64,000 nt of DNA. It comes from Eledone cirrhosa (Eukaryota). Positions within the stretch are counted from its first letter, which is position 1; each line of letters opens with the position of its first letter. Both the position numbers and the translations under genes were made by a program. Shown piece after piece: positions 13,144 through 25,951 of the stretch. Location: NCBI GenBank assembly GCA_964016885.1, contig OZ024741.1, forward strand, positions 239,630,001 through 239,694,000. The letters run 5' to 3'. Under the pieces are notes generated by a model, which had not been told where the DNA came from, made no database searches, and saw only the letters and a list, made by a program, of their open reading frames with translations.

Positions 13144-13490
13144 ATTCATTGTGTAAAATCCTTTGTTATAAACTGTGAGTTGGTCCCAATGTTCTGTTAA
13201 TGGTTGTCTGTGTCACTGCTGCTATGGTGTGACAATGGCTTCATGTTGATGGAATAGTGTTGGTAGTGAGTCAGTGGGAACCAGCAGTTCCTCTCAGACT
13301 TCAATGTGTATGTGTGATGTTTACTGAGTGTGAGTGAGTGAGGGGTGGGAGAGAGGTGGGGGAGGGTGATGCTTACTCCAGCTTCACTCAGACTAGATGT
13401 GTTTCCCCTCACAGAGAAGAGGGAGAGAGAGAGAAGATACAATATCAGCTCCACTAACAGTCAGCCATAATATGTCTATATAATACCAAC
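13144..13490 (-). promoter_or_regulatory. Gene 2 non-coding first exon and proximal promoter block
   Basis: AAT|GTAAGT donor at 13144/13143; near-identical to 5003-5340. Confidence 0.7.
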
Positions 13491-14106
13491 ATGTCTGATG
13501 TAGAGAAACTGACAGAAATACTTAGAAAAGAGAGGTTATATTAAGAAAATATGGCTGGTGTTGTTAATATATATGTTATTTAATGTTTAAATACAATATT
13601 AACAACAATAGTTTGTATATGTCTGACCTAATTATACATAACTATTCAGAAAATATTTAGAAAAATTTACAGATGTTAAATTACATTTGTAAAATATATT
13701 TTCTCAAATAATAAAATGTTCAATATCATGTATTCATTATTAATTTGTTTAAGCTCAAGTTTGAGTTCAATTTTAGCCTTTCATATTTACAATGCCGATA
13801 AAATAAAGTACCAGTCAAGTAGAGGTCAATGTATTCGATTTTCTGTTCAGCTAAATTATTTGCTTTGTGCCGAAATTAAAAATCAAGATCTATTTGCAGA
13901 AATCAGAAGTTAATGGATATCGGTGATGATAATTCAATTCATATTTTCAAATTTAATTTGTATTTCCAAAAGATTTATTATTATTGACATTTTCGTTATG
14001 TTAAATTTCCCTTAATATTATCTACTAACTAACATATTTGTGTGGTTTTAATTATTGTGTGGATCTTGAAAGTGGTATTTCTGTTGTGTTAACTTCTCAG
14101 TCTGAC

Positions 14107-14225
14107 TTAACTAGCAACAACATCTGGTGTTGAAGGTAACTGTCTCTCTGGAGGTTTCACATATCTGTCTTGGTAATGGTCTCTCTCATTGTTGCTTGAC
14201 ACATCAGGTGGGACACCATAGATTC
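14107..14225 (-). CDS. Pcdh: Gene 3 terminal cytoplasmic exon
   Basis: Paralog of 6077-6195 with intact acceptor and TAA. Confidence 0.88.
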
Positions 14226-14431
14226 CTGAAAGAAATAATTCAACTCAACTTACCACATACTTCAAATAGACGATAATATCTGACATTAATAATCCATCTC
14301 TTGTTTAGTCTGATATAAAATAACAATTATCAAAACGGTTTTGTTTGACCATCCCTAAAATTCTTCAAAACTATAAACATTAATTATTATAATGATGATA
14401 AAGATAAACATGAAAAATGAAATGTTTTTAC

Positions 14432-14582
14432 CTGACATTGCAGGTATTTCTTCATACTGTCTACTTGACCTTTCACTCCAGCACTGTCCACTACTCTTAC
14501 AACTAGTCAATGTATCAGTGGGATAGTTAGAAGATGGTCTGTTGTCTCCATAAGATGTCACCTCTATAGGCTGGCTGTATTT
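14432..14582 (-). CDS. Pcdh: Gene 3 first cytoplasmic exon (151 nt)
   Basis: Paralog of 6546-6696; CAGCAG acceptor, GTAAAA donor. Confidence 0.9.
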
Positions 14583-15046
14583 CTGCTGTAAAATATAATT
14601 AGAGCGTATAAAGATATTTATAACAATGTACCTAAAATTGTAAACTGTAAAAATATTGGACCATTATCTACAAAAATATAAATTGTATAAAACTTTCTAT
14701 CAGACCACTTTCAATCATACCACAGAAAATGTATCCAGGACAAGTTTATAGCTCACTCAAACTATTTCTTTTTTTAGGCCTACCTATATTGATCTTATGT
14801 TCATATTGTTCATGAGTTTGTAATACACACGCGTAGTCATACTAAGCCAAGTATTTGGAAGGTTTCTTTACAGAAAGGCAATTTACAGAGCCACCTAAAT
14901 TCCACAAAGTTAGCTAAGATCATACTGACATATAGTATAACAGCTTGGCAAAAAACAAAAAGAGTGAGAGACAGCAATGTATGAATACATACATGATTCT
15001 TCTACTATTGACCTTCTTAGATATACATTTACCAACAAAAATGGGA

Positions 15047-15076
15047 AGCCTATGAACTTTTCAGCCCACTCTCGTA
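15047..15076. mobile_element. Solo mariner TIR remnant in gene 3 intron
   Basis: AGCCTATGAACTTTTCAGCCCACTCTCGTA matches the TIR at 8448-8477 at the paralogous position. Confidence 0.75.
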
Positions 15077-15301
15077 CATTTACCAACAAATATCTTAACA
15101 TGTAAACCAAAGTAAATCTTGGATTATCTTAGATTTCAAAGATAAAACATTTTTATCACCTGTTCATAATGCTAAGTTTTTGCAAACATTGTATACCACA
15201 AGTAATTTAAAGAGTAAGTGAACAATCAAAACAATTCAGATTTATCATGCTTAATTAAACATTATTTACTAACAGTTGGAAAATAAAAATATTGATTTTA
15301 C

Positions 15302-17656
15302 CTTTGTGGATTTTTGAAGAGATCTGTTCATTGTTGATGTCTTCCAGTCTTCAGGATAGTAATGACTTCTAGACTGACTATATCTGTCTGATATCTCTCC
15401 TCGATTACCTGACATCACAGATACACTGTTGTTACCTTGATAGATCAACTGTCTCATCTCATTACGACATTGGTATGCCTGTTTCTCTTCTGTTGTTCTA
15501 GCTGAGTTATTTCTCACATTGTTACATCTCACAATACACAATGTTATAGAAACCACAATAGCTATAGATACTATCACAGCTGCTACTACAATGATAATCA
15601 ACAATGTTGCATCTATTGTGTTATCAGTTGGTACATGGACAGCTGTGAACATTGGTGATGTCTTGTTACTAACAGTCAGTGTTAAAGAGACACTAGTTGT
15701 TGCTGACAGAACTGGAGTACCACTGTCTTTCACAACAAACTCCAGTTGATATGATCCAGCATCATTTTGGTAAACTGTGCGAGAGTAAGATAAGACACCA
15801 GTGAATGAGTCCAGTTTAAATAATTGTTTCTCATTACCTGAAAGGATTTCATACCTGAGAAAAGCATTCATGTGACTGTCTATATCAGAGGCTTTCAGAA
15901 GTGTGATGTCATTCTTACTTTGTGGATGATAGTGGACATCAAGAGTGAAAGGGTCAACACTAGGAAATGTAAAATATGGAGCATTATCATTTTTATCTAA
16001 TACTTCCACTTCAACATTTACTGTGTTATTTAGAGATGGTGTTCCATTGTCTTTGACTAAAACCTCAAAGTCATAGAAATCTCTGTATTCTCTGTCTAAA
16101 GACTGGTTTGTTGAAATAAAGCCAGAGTTGATAATCTGGAATGGTAGACGATATTGGTGTTTATTTCTCAGATGATAACTTAATTCACCTCCCTTACCAA
16201 CATCTGGGTCTGTAGCATTGATAAAACCAATAGGGAAATTAGCTTTGTCATTCTCATAGGTAAGGAACTTGAATGTATCTTTGGTAAAGTGTGGTTTTAC
16301 ATCATTCACATCTAACACTTGTATTGAGAGATCTTTATCAGTTTTGAGAGGAGGTAATCCTTTATCTTGACAGGAGACAGTAAAGTGATAATGTTCCTGT
16401 GTCTCTCTGTCTACTGCTTTCTTTAGAACTATTTTATATTCCTTAGATCCCATTGACTGTAGTTTGAATGTATCATGTTTAATATTACAGTTGACTTCTC
16501 CATTGTGTCCAACATCATTGTCAGTGACCATCACATAAGCAATGAAACTACCAACTTTGATATCTTCCAGAATGGTAGCTGTGTTGTGAATCTCTGTAGA
16601 AATATAGTTGACATCAATATTTGGAGGATTGTTGTGTTGGTTAATAACATTTACAATAACAGTTGCTATGGAACTAAGAGGAGGACTGCCATTATCTCTG
16701 GCTTTTATGTATAATTTAAAATACTCTTCCATATCTATATCTGCAGATTTAACTAAATATAACTTTCCTGTATTTTCATCTAAATCAAAGTATCTTTTAA
16801 TTTTCTCTGAAGTTGTCATTGCAAAATAGAAAGATATTTTACCATTCCTGCCAATATCTAAATCATTGGCAGATAATGTCACTACTGGAATATTCTTTTT
16901 ATGTTTATGTTCTATAGAGACATTGTAGATACTTTTGGAGAATTTTGGTATATTATCATTTTCATCTTTAACAGATATTTTAACATTTAAAATACTTTGC
17001 TTAGGTGGAGTTCCTCCATCTTTAGCAATCACCTCAATATTGTAGCTGTCTTTCTTTTCCCTGTCTAATTTCTCTTCTAAAATAATTCCTAATGTTGATA
17101 TTCCACCAGCTTCCTTGGAAACACTTAATGAAAATTGTCCATCATTGTGTTTCAGTTCATATTTAATTAATCTGTTTTGATATCCTACATCTTTGTCAAC
17201 AGCATTGGGTATGGCCTTCTTCATACCTTTACCATCTCCTTCCTCAAACACGAGCGTTATGTCTTTCTCAGGAAACTCAGGCTGGTGGTCATTGATGTCT
17301 TCTATTATGACTTTCATTTTTAATATCTTCATAAATGTCTTGGATTTGTGAACAGCAACTTTAACTATTTCAAAACATTCTTTCTCATAACTACACACAG
17401 ACTCAGCATCCAATGTCTGAACAGTGTACAGTTTACCTGTTTTTGTCACATTGAACAATTGTTCTCCCTTTTGTTGTAGTTGACTAAATGTAATTAAATC
17501 CTTATTCTTTAAGAAGGAGCTATCTGATGTCTGTAAGTCAGTAGCAATGTCCCCTACATAAGTATAGGGATTACTCTCTTCTTTAACATGATATGTGATA
17601 TGTTCACTTAGATAACAGTTGAAGAAAGTCAGTAAAATACACAGAAACAACATCAT
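15302..17656 (-). CDS. Pcdh: Protocadherin gene 3, large coding exon; spliced product ~874 aa
   Basis: Six cadherin repeats plus TM; donor at 15302/15301; acceptor at 17714/17713. Confidence 0.95.
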
Positions 17657-19885
17657 CTCTGCTCTTGATGGTAATACAGTATCCTGGAAAAATTACAGCT
17701 TTAAATATTCAATCTGAAACAGAGACAATTTCAATATATTAATGAAGTCTGATATATTAAGTCTTGTCTTGCTTTTTTCATGAAATTCTCAGATTAAACT
17801 AAACATCTTGTACTTAGGAAATATCTGCTGTATCCTAAATATATTCTGGAAATACAGAGTGACAATTACAGTAGTCCTGTCCTGCACTGAACAGACCAGT
17901 ATGTACACTTTTCTTAAGCAGTAAAGGTTTTGCTGTCTGGGCCACATGAGTTGGTATCTGGAAGGTTCATAGACCAGCCCAAGCTATGCTATCATGATGT
18001 TTGCACAACAAACATATAGACACTCAATATTAATACAGAATTCTGGGAGAGACTTTCAGATGACTAAAACCCTGAACAGCTAACTAAAGATAGGAGAAAT
18101 AAAGCTATTGGATGAAGCAGAAGAAAATAGCACAGCAGTAACAACAGATAAAATAACACACATAGAAATGACCTATACATCAAAACTAACTGCTGCAAAT
18201 GTCACTGCTTTAAAAAAAAACAAAAAAAATATTTTTAAAATCTATATAAAGCCCCTTTTTTTATTTTCCTGAAAATAAAGATTATTCTAAGTAATATTGG
18301 ACTCAACTAACATATATTACTACTATTTTATATAATATTAAAATATTGATATGGTATCAAATTTTAATGAGAAATATTAAGTTGGGAAAACTATGAAAAT
18401 ATAGATATTACATAGGAGGACGTTTTGAGTTATCTCTCTTGAACAAGAAATGATTTAAGATATTACACAATGTTCAACAAAACTAAAACATTTTGTAAAG
18501 ATAATGTACAAATCAACACTATAAAGATATTAACCAAGAATAGTAATAATGCTGTCATATAAATCACCTACTGTGTATTGTGTAAAACTGGACGGAATTA
18601 CAGATTGAAAATTTCTCAAGTATTACAATCTATATTAAACAGTATTGACAAGATATATATTTACTAACTGCTATTGATATATTTAGAAATATATTCTAAA
18701 CTGAATCATTCGATATTGTTAATATTACCACTTTAATGATTCTTCTCAGAAATAACATAACCTGTAGTTAAAATAACGTTATAATTCTAAAAACTTTAAA
18801 TTATTTAGACTACTTTCACATGATTCTTCTATTTGTTACATCAGCAACTTAAGCCTTTTTTATTTTGTTTATTGGACAAATTATAATTAAATTATGAAAC
18901 AACCAATCACAATTGTTTTGATTTTTTTTATTAAAGGGCTTCATTGCAATAAATTCTGGAAGTATTTATCTGAATACATAAATTTAACACTTCAGCAGAA
19001 TATATATCTTTTGTTTAAATATCAAACTAATTTTTTATAAAGCCATCAAATTAACAGATTTCCATTTAACTATTTGTTTTACAGTTGAGAAATAAATAAA
19101 ATTAAGTTAAAAGCCACAATTAGTAAATGAACATTGATTGTTCATACAGATCATAGATATAGATTCCTTACATCTCATCTTCCTAAAGGTTACAAAACTT
19201 ATAATAGGGAATTATAGAAAATCATGGATATATTTGGCCTGTTATCTAAAATGTATTTAATGATTGTATATTTAAAACACTAAAGATATGTCATCTTTGT
19301 AAATATAATTTCAAAAATAGAATGCTGAAATCAGATTAATAGGACATATTTTCTATAGGCATCAATAAACATATACACACATTGTGTATATATATAACTG
19401 TGTATTTGTGTGTGGGTGTATACCCATACAGAATTCTGTACATAATATCATAGCAAATTATTAGATTGCCTGATATTATTTACATAAAACCTACATTACA
19501 GTATGTATTTCAATGATATTCTAGTTCAATATTTAGTATGCACTAAGACCATACAATGTCTGACTGAATAATTCAGTAAAAATATATAATGATGTGTTCT
19601 ATTTAAATATAATAAACAAGATAAATATTGTAAATACAACAAAGATGACAGCAAATATTTTCAGAAATATATTATATAAAACTACAATTCAACATATATT
19701 CCTCTCTCTCACTGTTTCTTACAAAATACTTGATAGCCATGTTGGTAAAGAAGCCATTCAATGAGAACTAACACAGATCTAATATGGCCACCATTACAAT
19801 ATTATATTTTCATGTTATAATATAGCTATATATGAAGTTATTATTTTACATGACTGGATAAATAATAGAGAATAATAAAACTTAC

Positions 19886-20220
19886 ATTCATTGTGTAAAA
19901 TCCTTTGTTATAAACTGTGAGTTGGTCCCAATGTTCTGTTGTTAATGGTTGTCTGTGTCACTGCTGCTATGGTGTGACAATGGCTTCATGTTGATGGAAT
20001 AGTGTTGGTAGTGAGTCAGTGGGAACCAGCAGTTCCTCTCAGTCTTCTGTGTATGTGTGATGTTTACTGAGTGTGAGTGTGTGTGTGTGAGGGAGGGTGA
20101 TGCTTACTCCAGCTTCACTCAGACTAGATGTGTTTCCCCTCACAGAGAAGAGGGAGAGAGAGAGAAGACACTATATCAGCTCCACTAACAGTCAGCCATA
20201 ATATGTCTATATAATACCAA
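19886..20220 (-). promoter_or_regulatory. Gene 3 non-coding first exon and proximal promoter block
   Basis: AAT|GTAAGT donor at 19886/19885; conserved block. Confidence 0.7.
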
Positions 20221-20965
20221 CATGTCTGATATAGAGATATTGACATTGAAATACTTAGAAAAGAGTGGGTATATAAACAAAATGTGGCTGATGTTGTTCA
20301 TGTCTAAGCAATTTAATGTTTTAATACAATATTGACAATAATAGTTAGTGTGTGTCTGACCGAATTACAAACTATGTTATATTACAATTCTAAAATATAT
20401 TTTCTCAAATGATTAAATTTTCAATATCATGTATTTAGCATTTATTTGTTCTAGCTCTTTACAGTCGAGTTCAATTTTGGCCTTTCATATTTATTACATC
20501 AATAATGTAAAGTACCAGTCAAGTACTGAGGTCAATATATTCGATTTTCCCTTCAGCTAAATTACTTGCCTTGTGCCATATTGGAAATCATTATCCATTT
20601 GCAGAAAACAGATGTTAAATAATGATGATGATAATTCAATTTATATTTTCAGATTTAAAGATTATTTCCTGAACATTTATTATTATAGTACACAGTTCCT
20701 GTATATAATTAATTTCCCATAATATTATCAAGAAAAGTTTAAAGATGATATGTAATCTATGTAAAATATGTTCACATTTACAATAATGATTTAACAATTA
20801 TAGAGATTTATGTTTTAATACAATTCCCTGTAAATAGTCTTCAGCATTACTATCCTAGTTTAACTTTTTATTATTATCTTAATCTAACTAACATATTTCT
20901 TTACTTTTAAATATTGTGTTAATGTTGAAGGTGATATTTCTGTTGTGTTAACTTCTCAGTCTGAC

Positions 20966-21084
20966 TTAACTGGCAACAACATCTGGTGTTGAAGGTAACT
21001 GTCTCTCTGGAGGTTTCACATATCTGTCTTGGTAATGGTCTCTCTCATTGTTGCTTGACACATCAGGTGGAACACCATAGATTC
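20966..21084 (-). CDS. Pcdh: Gene 4 terminal cytoplasmic exon
   Basis: Paralog of 6077-6195, intact. Confidence 0.88.
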
Positions 21085-21428
21085 CTGAAACAAGTACATC
21101 AACTCAACTTACCATTTAGTTCACATAGATAGACAATGATTATTTTATTGATAATAATCATCAATTGTTTATCCACTACATCCACTGAACTAAGAGAGAA
21201 AATAACAATCATAATAGAATTCATACAAGATCATATATTTACATCTTTACAATCTTAATGAACCACTAATTAGTTAAATAAAATAATATCTTTAGTAATT
21301 GAAAATCAATATTAAATTACTTGAACTTTTTGTCTTGAATTGACAACAAACATAGTGCTTTGTTTAGGACTTACTCTGATATGTAACACTGAGAAAGACC
21401 ATAAATATTTATGAAGATATTGTTTTAC

Positions 21429-21579
21429 CTGACATTGCTGGTATTTCTTCATACTGTCTACTTGACCTTTCACTCCAGCATTGTCCACTGCTCTTATGAC
21501 TAGTCAATGTATCAGTGGGATAGTTAGAAGATGGTCTGTTGTCTCCATAAGATGTCACCTCTATTGGTTGACTGTATTT
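21429..21579 (-). CDS. Pcdh: Gene 4 first cytoplasmic exon (151 nt)
   Basis: Paralog of 6546-6696 with intact splice sites. Confidence 0.9.
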
Positions 21580-21806
21580 CTGATGGAAAATATAGTTACA
21601 AGATAGAGTATAAAGATATCATTTATGATATCTATCAATATCTAGGACATTTAGTATATTTTAGGTACACTGTCGTAAATGATATTTTTATACTCTGTTA
21701 AAATATTGGAACATTATCTACTAAAACATCAATTGTATAAAACTTTCTGTATGACCACTTTCAATCATACCACAGAAAATGTATCCAGTACAAGTTCCAA
21801 ATCATT

Positions 21807-21986
21807 GTAGATTGGCAGTATCAGTAGAGGGTCGGACGCCATGCTTTCCAGCATAGTTACGTCCCTTTACGATCTGAGTTCAAATCCCGTCGAGGTTGAC
21901 TTTGCCTTTCATCCTTACGGGATCGATAAAATAAAGTACCAGTAATGCACTGGGTAATTGCTGGCCTTGTGCCTAAAGTAGAAACA
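21807..21986 (+). mobile_element. tRNA-derived SINE (family A)
   Basis: Box A-like TGGCAGTATCAGTAG, box B GTTCAAATCC, core GCCTTTCATCCTTACGGGATCGATAAAATAAAGTACCAG (resembles the MetaSINE core); about ten copies in the window. Confidence 0.85.
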
Positions 21987-22129
21987 ATTATTTGATATCA
22001 TACTCCAAGGAATTTGTTTTTTAGGTCTACCTTTATTGGTGTTACATTCATATTGTGTGAGTTTGGGGTACACACTTGTAGCTATTCCAGGCCAATAATT
22101 TGGAAGGTTTCTTTACAGAAAAACAATTT

Positions 22130-23307
22130 ATTTTTCAACATTGTCCACCTTGCATTCCACACATTTCTTTCATCAGTTTTGCAGTTCTTGGATCCCATTG
22201 GTGAAGAAGCTTTCATATTGTTGGTAAAACAAATTCAACAGCAGATATGACATTATCACTGTGAAACTGGTTCTCAGCCAAGTGTTTTTCGTGTCAGGGA
22301 ACAGATGATAATCAGATGGGCAAAATCAGTTGAATAGGGAGGGTGATCAATTTGTTCAAATCCAGTCATGCATAGCAGCCATTGAAACCAAGGACTTGTG
22401 TGTTGGAGCATTGTCCTTATGAAGCAAGACCCCTTTCATCAGTTTTCCTGGGCATATGGTCTTGATAGACTTTCATAACTGCCTTAACGAGATGGTATAG
22501 TACTCTCCATTGATGGTGTGGCTCTTTTGAAGATACCCAATAAACACAATGTCTTTTGCATCCCAAATGTCTGAGGGCATCACCTTCCTTGCAGATGAAA
22601 TGACCTTGGCCTTCTTTGGACAAGAGAGGAGGGATGTTTCTACTACATGGATTGTCTCTTTGTCTCTAGTTCAAAGTGATGAACCCAACACTCATCCTGG
22701 GTTAGGAAATATTCAAGGAAACCAGCTGGATCTGCCTCAAATAATGTCAGATTTCCCTTGTGATGTGATCAACTTGGTGTGCTTTTGATCAGGTGTCGGA
22801 AAACATGGCACTCATCAAGCAGAAACCTTCGTCATACCAAGTTCTTTGTGCAGACTACTCTCAACGCTCTCACGAGACACACTAATAGCATTAGGTATTA
22901 ATAGTCAACTGCTGTCATCCATCACCATGCAGTGAACACGATCAATGTTTTCCTCAGTTGCAGGACTTCCAGAACTTGTGTCATCTTCAAAGCTCTCCCC
23001 TCCCGCCTAAATTCAGTTGCCCACTTTTACGATGTTGATAAAGCTGGAGCATTATACCTTATGTAGCAACCATGTTAGCATGAATGTCCTTGGAGGCTAA
23101 ACCCTTTTTTTTTTCAGGTACTCGATAACACCACGATACCATATTTTGCACATTTTGTAGAGAGGTTGCTACTCATTATTTTTGAAGTCTTCTGAACAGT
23201 CAGTTTACATGGAAAGAAAAAATGTAGTTATTAATGCATGCAAGATATCACAGCCTCAGAATCACTCCTTCATAATCAGCCTATGAAGTTTTCAGCCTAC
23301 GCTCATA
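22130..23307 (-). mobile_element. Decayed mariner in gene 4 intron, one end deleted
   Basis: Paralogous copy of 7238-8477. Confidence 0.85.
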
Positions 23308-23599
23308 TGATTACCAAGAAAAATTTTAACATTTAAACAAAGGTAAATTTTGGATTATCTTAGATTTTAAGAAACAAACAATATATTTTTATCTCCAGTT
23401 CATAATGCTTTGTGTTTAGAGACATTAAAATATTAAATCACATTTATGTTTAATGAGTAATTTAAACAGTAATTGTGTGATCAAACACATTCAGTTTTAT
23501 CATGCTTATCATCATCATCATCGTTTAACGTGCATCTTCCACGCTGGCATGGGTTAGTTATTATTTACTATCAGATAGAAAACATAAAATAGAATTTAC

Positions 23600-25951
23600 C
23601 TTTGTGGATTTTTGAAGAGATCTGCTCATTGTTGATGTCTTCCAGTCTTCAGGACAGTAATGGCTTCTAGACTGACTATATCTGTCTGATATCTCTCCGC
23701 GATTACCTGACATCACAGATACACTGTTGTTACCTTGATAGATCAACTGTCTCATCTCATTACGACATTGGTATGCCTGTTTCTCTTCTGTTGTTCTAGC
23801 TGAGTTATTTCTTACATTGTTACATCTCACAATACACAATGTTATAGAAACCACAATAGCTATAGATACTATCACAGCTGCTACTACAATGATAATCAAC
23901 AATGTTGCATCTATTGTGTTATCAGTTGATACATGGACAGCTGTGAACATTGGTGATGTCTTGTTACTAACAGTCAGTGTTAAAGAGACACTAGTTGTTG
24001 CTGACAGAACTGGAGTACCACTGTCTTTCACAACAAACTCCAGTTGATATGATCCAGCATCATTTTGGTAAACTGTGCGAGAGTAAGATAAGACACCAGT
24101 GAATGAGTCCAGTTTAAATAACTGTCTCTCATTACCTGAAAGGATTTCATACCTGAGAAAAGCATTCATGTGACTGTCTATATCAGAGGCTTTCAGAAGT
24201 GTGATGTCATTCTTACTTTGTGGATGATAGTGGACATCAAGAGTGAAAGGGTCAACACTAGGAAATGTAAAATATGGAGCATTATCATTTTTATCTAATA
24301 CTTCCACTTCAACATTCACTGTGTTATTTAGAGATGGTGTTCCATTGTCTTTGACAAAAACCTCAAAGTCATAAAAATCTCTGTACTCTCTGTCTAAAGA
24401 CTGGTTTGTTGAAATAAAGCCAGAGTTGATAATCTGGAATGGTAGACGATATTGGTGTTTATTTCTCAGATAATAACTTAATTCACCTCCCTTACCAACA
24501 TCTGGGTCTGTAGCATTGATAAAACCAATAGGGAAATTAGCTTTGTCATTCTCATAGGTAAGGAACTTGAATGTATCTTTGGTAAAGTGTGGTTTTACAT
24601 CATTCACATCTAAGACTTGTATTGAGAGATCTTTATCAGTTTTGAGAGGAGGTAATCCTTTATCTTGACAGGAGACAGTAAAGTGATAATGTTCCTGTGT
24701 CTCTCTGTCTACTGCTTTCTTTAGAACTATTTTATATTCTTTAGATCCCATTGACTGTAGTTTGAATGTATCATGTTTGATATTACAGCTGACCTCTCCA
24801 TTATGTCCAACATCATTGTCAGTGACCATCACATAAGCAATGAAACTATCAACTTTGATATCTTCTAGAATGGTAGCTGTGTTGTGATTCTCTGTAGAAA
24901 TATAGTTGACATCAATATTTGGAGGATTGTTGTGTTGGTTGATAACATTTACCATAACAGTTGCTATGGCACTTAGTGGTGGACTGCCATTATCTCTGGC
25001 TTCAATGTATAATTTAAAAAACTCTTCCATATCAATTTCTGCAGATTTAGCTAAATATAACTTTCCAGTATTTTCATCTACATCAAAGAATCTTTTCATT
25101 TTTTCTGCAGTTTTCCTTGCAAAATAGAAATATATTTTACCATTCCTACCAATATCTAAATCATTGGCAGATAATGTCACTACTGGAATATTCTTTTTAT
25201 GTAAATGTTCAATAGAGACATTGTAGTTACTTTGGGAAAATTGCGGTCTGTTATCATTTTCATCTTCTACAGATATTTTGACATTTAAGATACTTTGTTT
25301 AGGTGGAGTTCCTCCATCTTTAGCGATGACTTCAATATTGTAACTGTCTTCCTTTTCCCTGTCTAATTTACCATCTAGGATTATTTCTAATGTTGATATT
25401 CCATCAGTTTGTTTGGAAACTGATAAAGAAAAATATTCATTATGCTTGTTTAATGCATATGTAATTAAGCTGTTCTCATACCCAACATCTTTGTCAATGG
25501 CACTGGGAATAGGTTTCTTCATACCTTTACCATCTCCTTCCCTAAAATTAAGTGTGATTTCTTGCTCAGGAAACTCAGGATGATGATCATTGATGTCTTC
25601 TATTATGACTTTAATTTTTAATATCTTCATAAATGTCTTGGATTTGTGAACAGCAACTTTAACTATTTCAAAACATTCTTTCTCATAACTACACACAGAC
25701 TCAGCATCCAATGTCTGAACAGTGTACAGTTTACCTGTTTTTGTCACATTGAACAATTGTTCTCCTTTTTGTTGTAGTTGACTAAATGTAATTAAATCCT
25801 TATTCTTTAAGAAGGAGCTATCTGATGTCTGTAAGTCAGTAGCAATGTCCCCTACATAGGTATAGGGATTTCTCTCTTCTTTAACATGGTATATGATATA
25901 TTCACTTAAATAACAGTGGAAGAAAGTCAGTAAAATACACAGAAATAACAT
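23600..25951 (-). CDS. Pcdh: Protocadherin gene 4, large coding exon; spliced product ~873 aa
   Basis: Six cadherin repeats plus TM; donor at 23600/23599; acceptor at 26009/26008. Confidence 0.95.

Noticed and set aside
21807-21900. tRNA genes from box A/box B matches
   Set aside because: No cloverleaf evident; these are heads of a multi-copy SINE.
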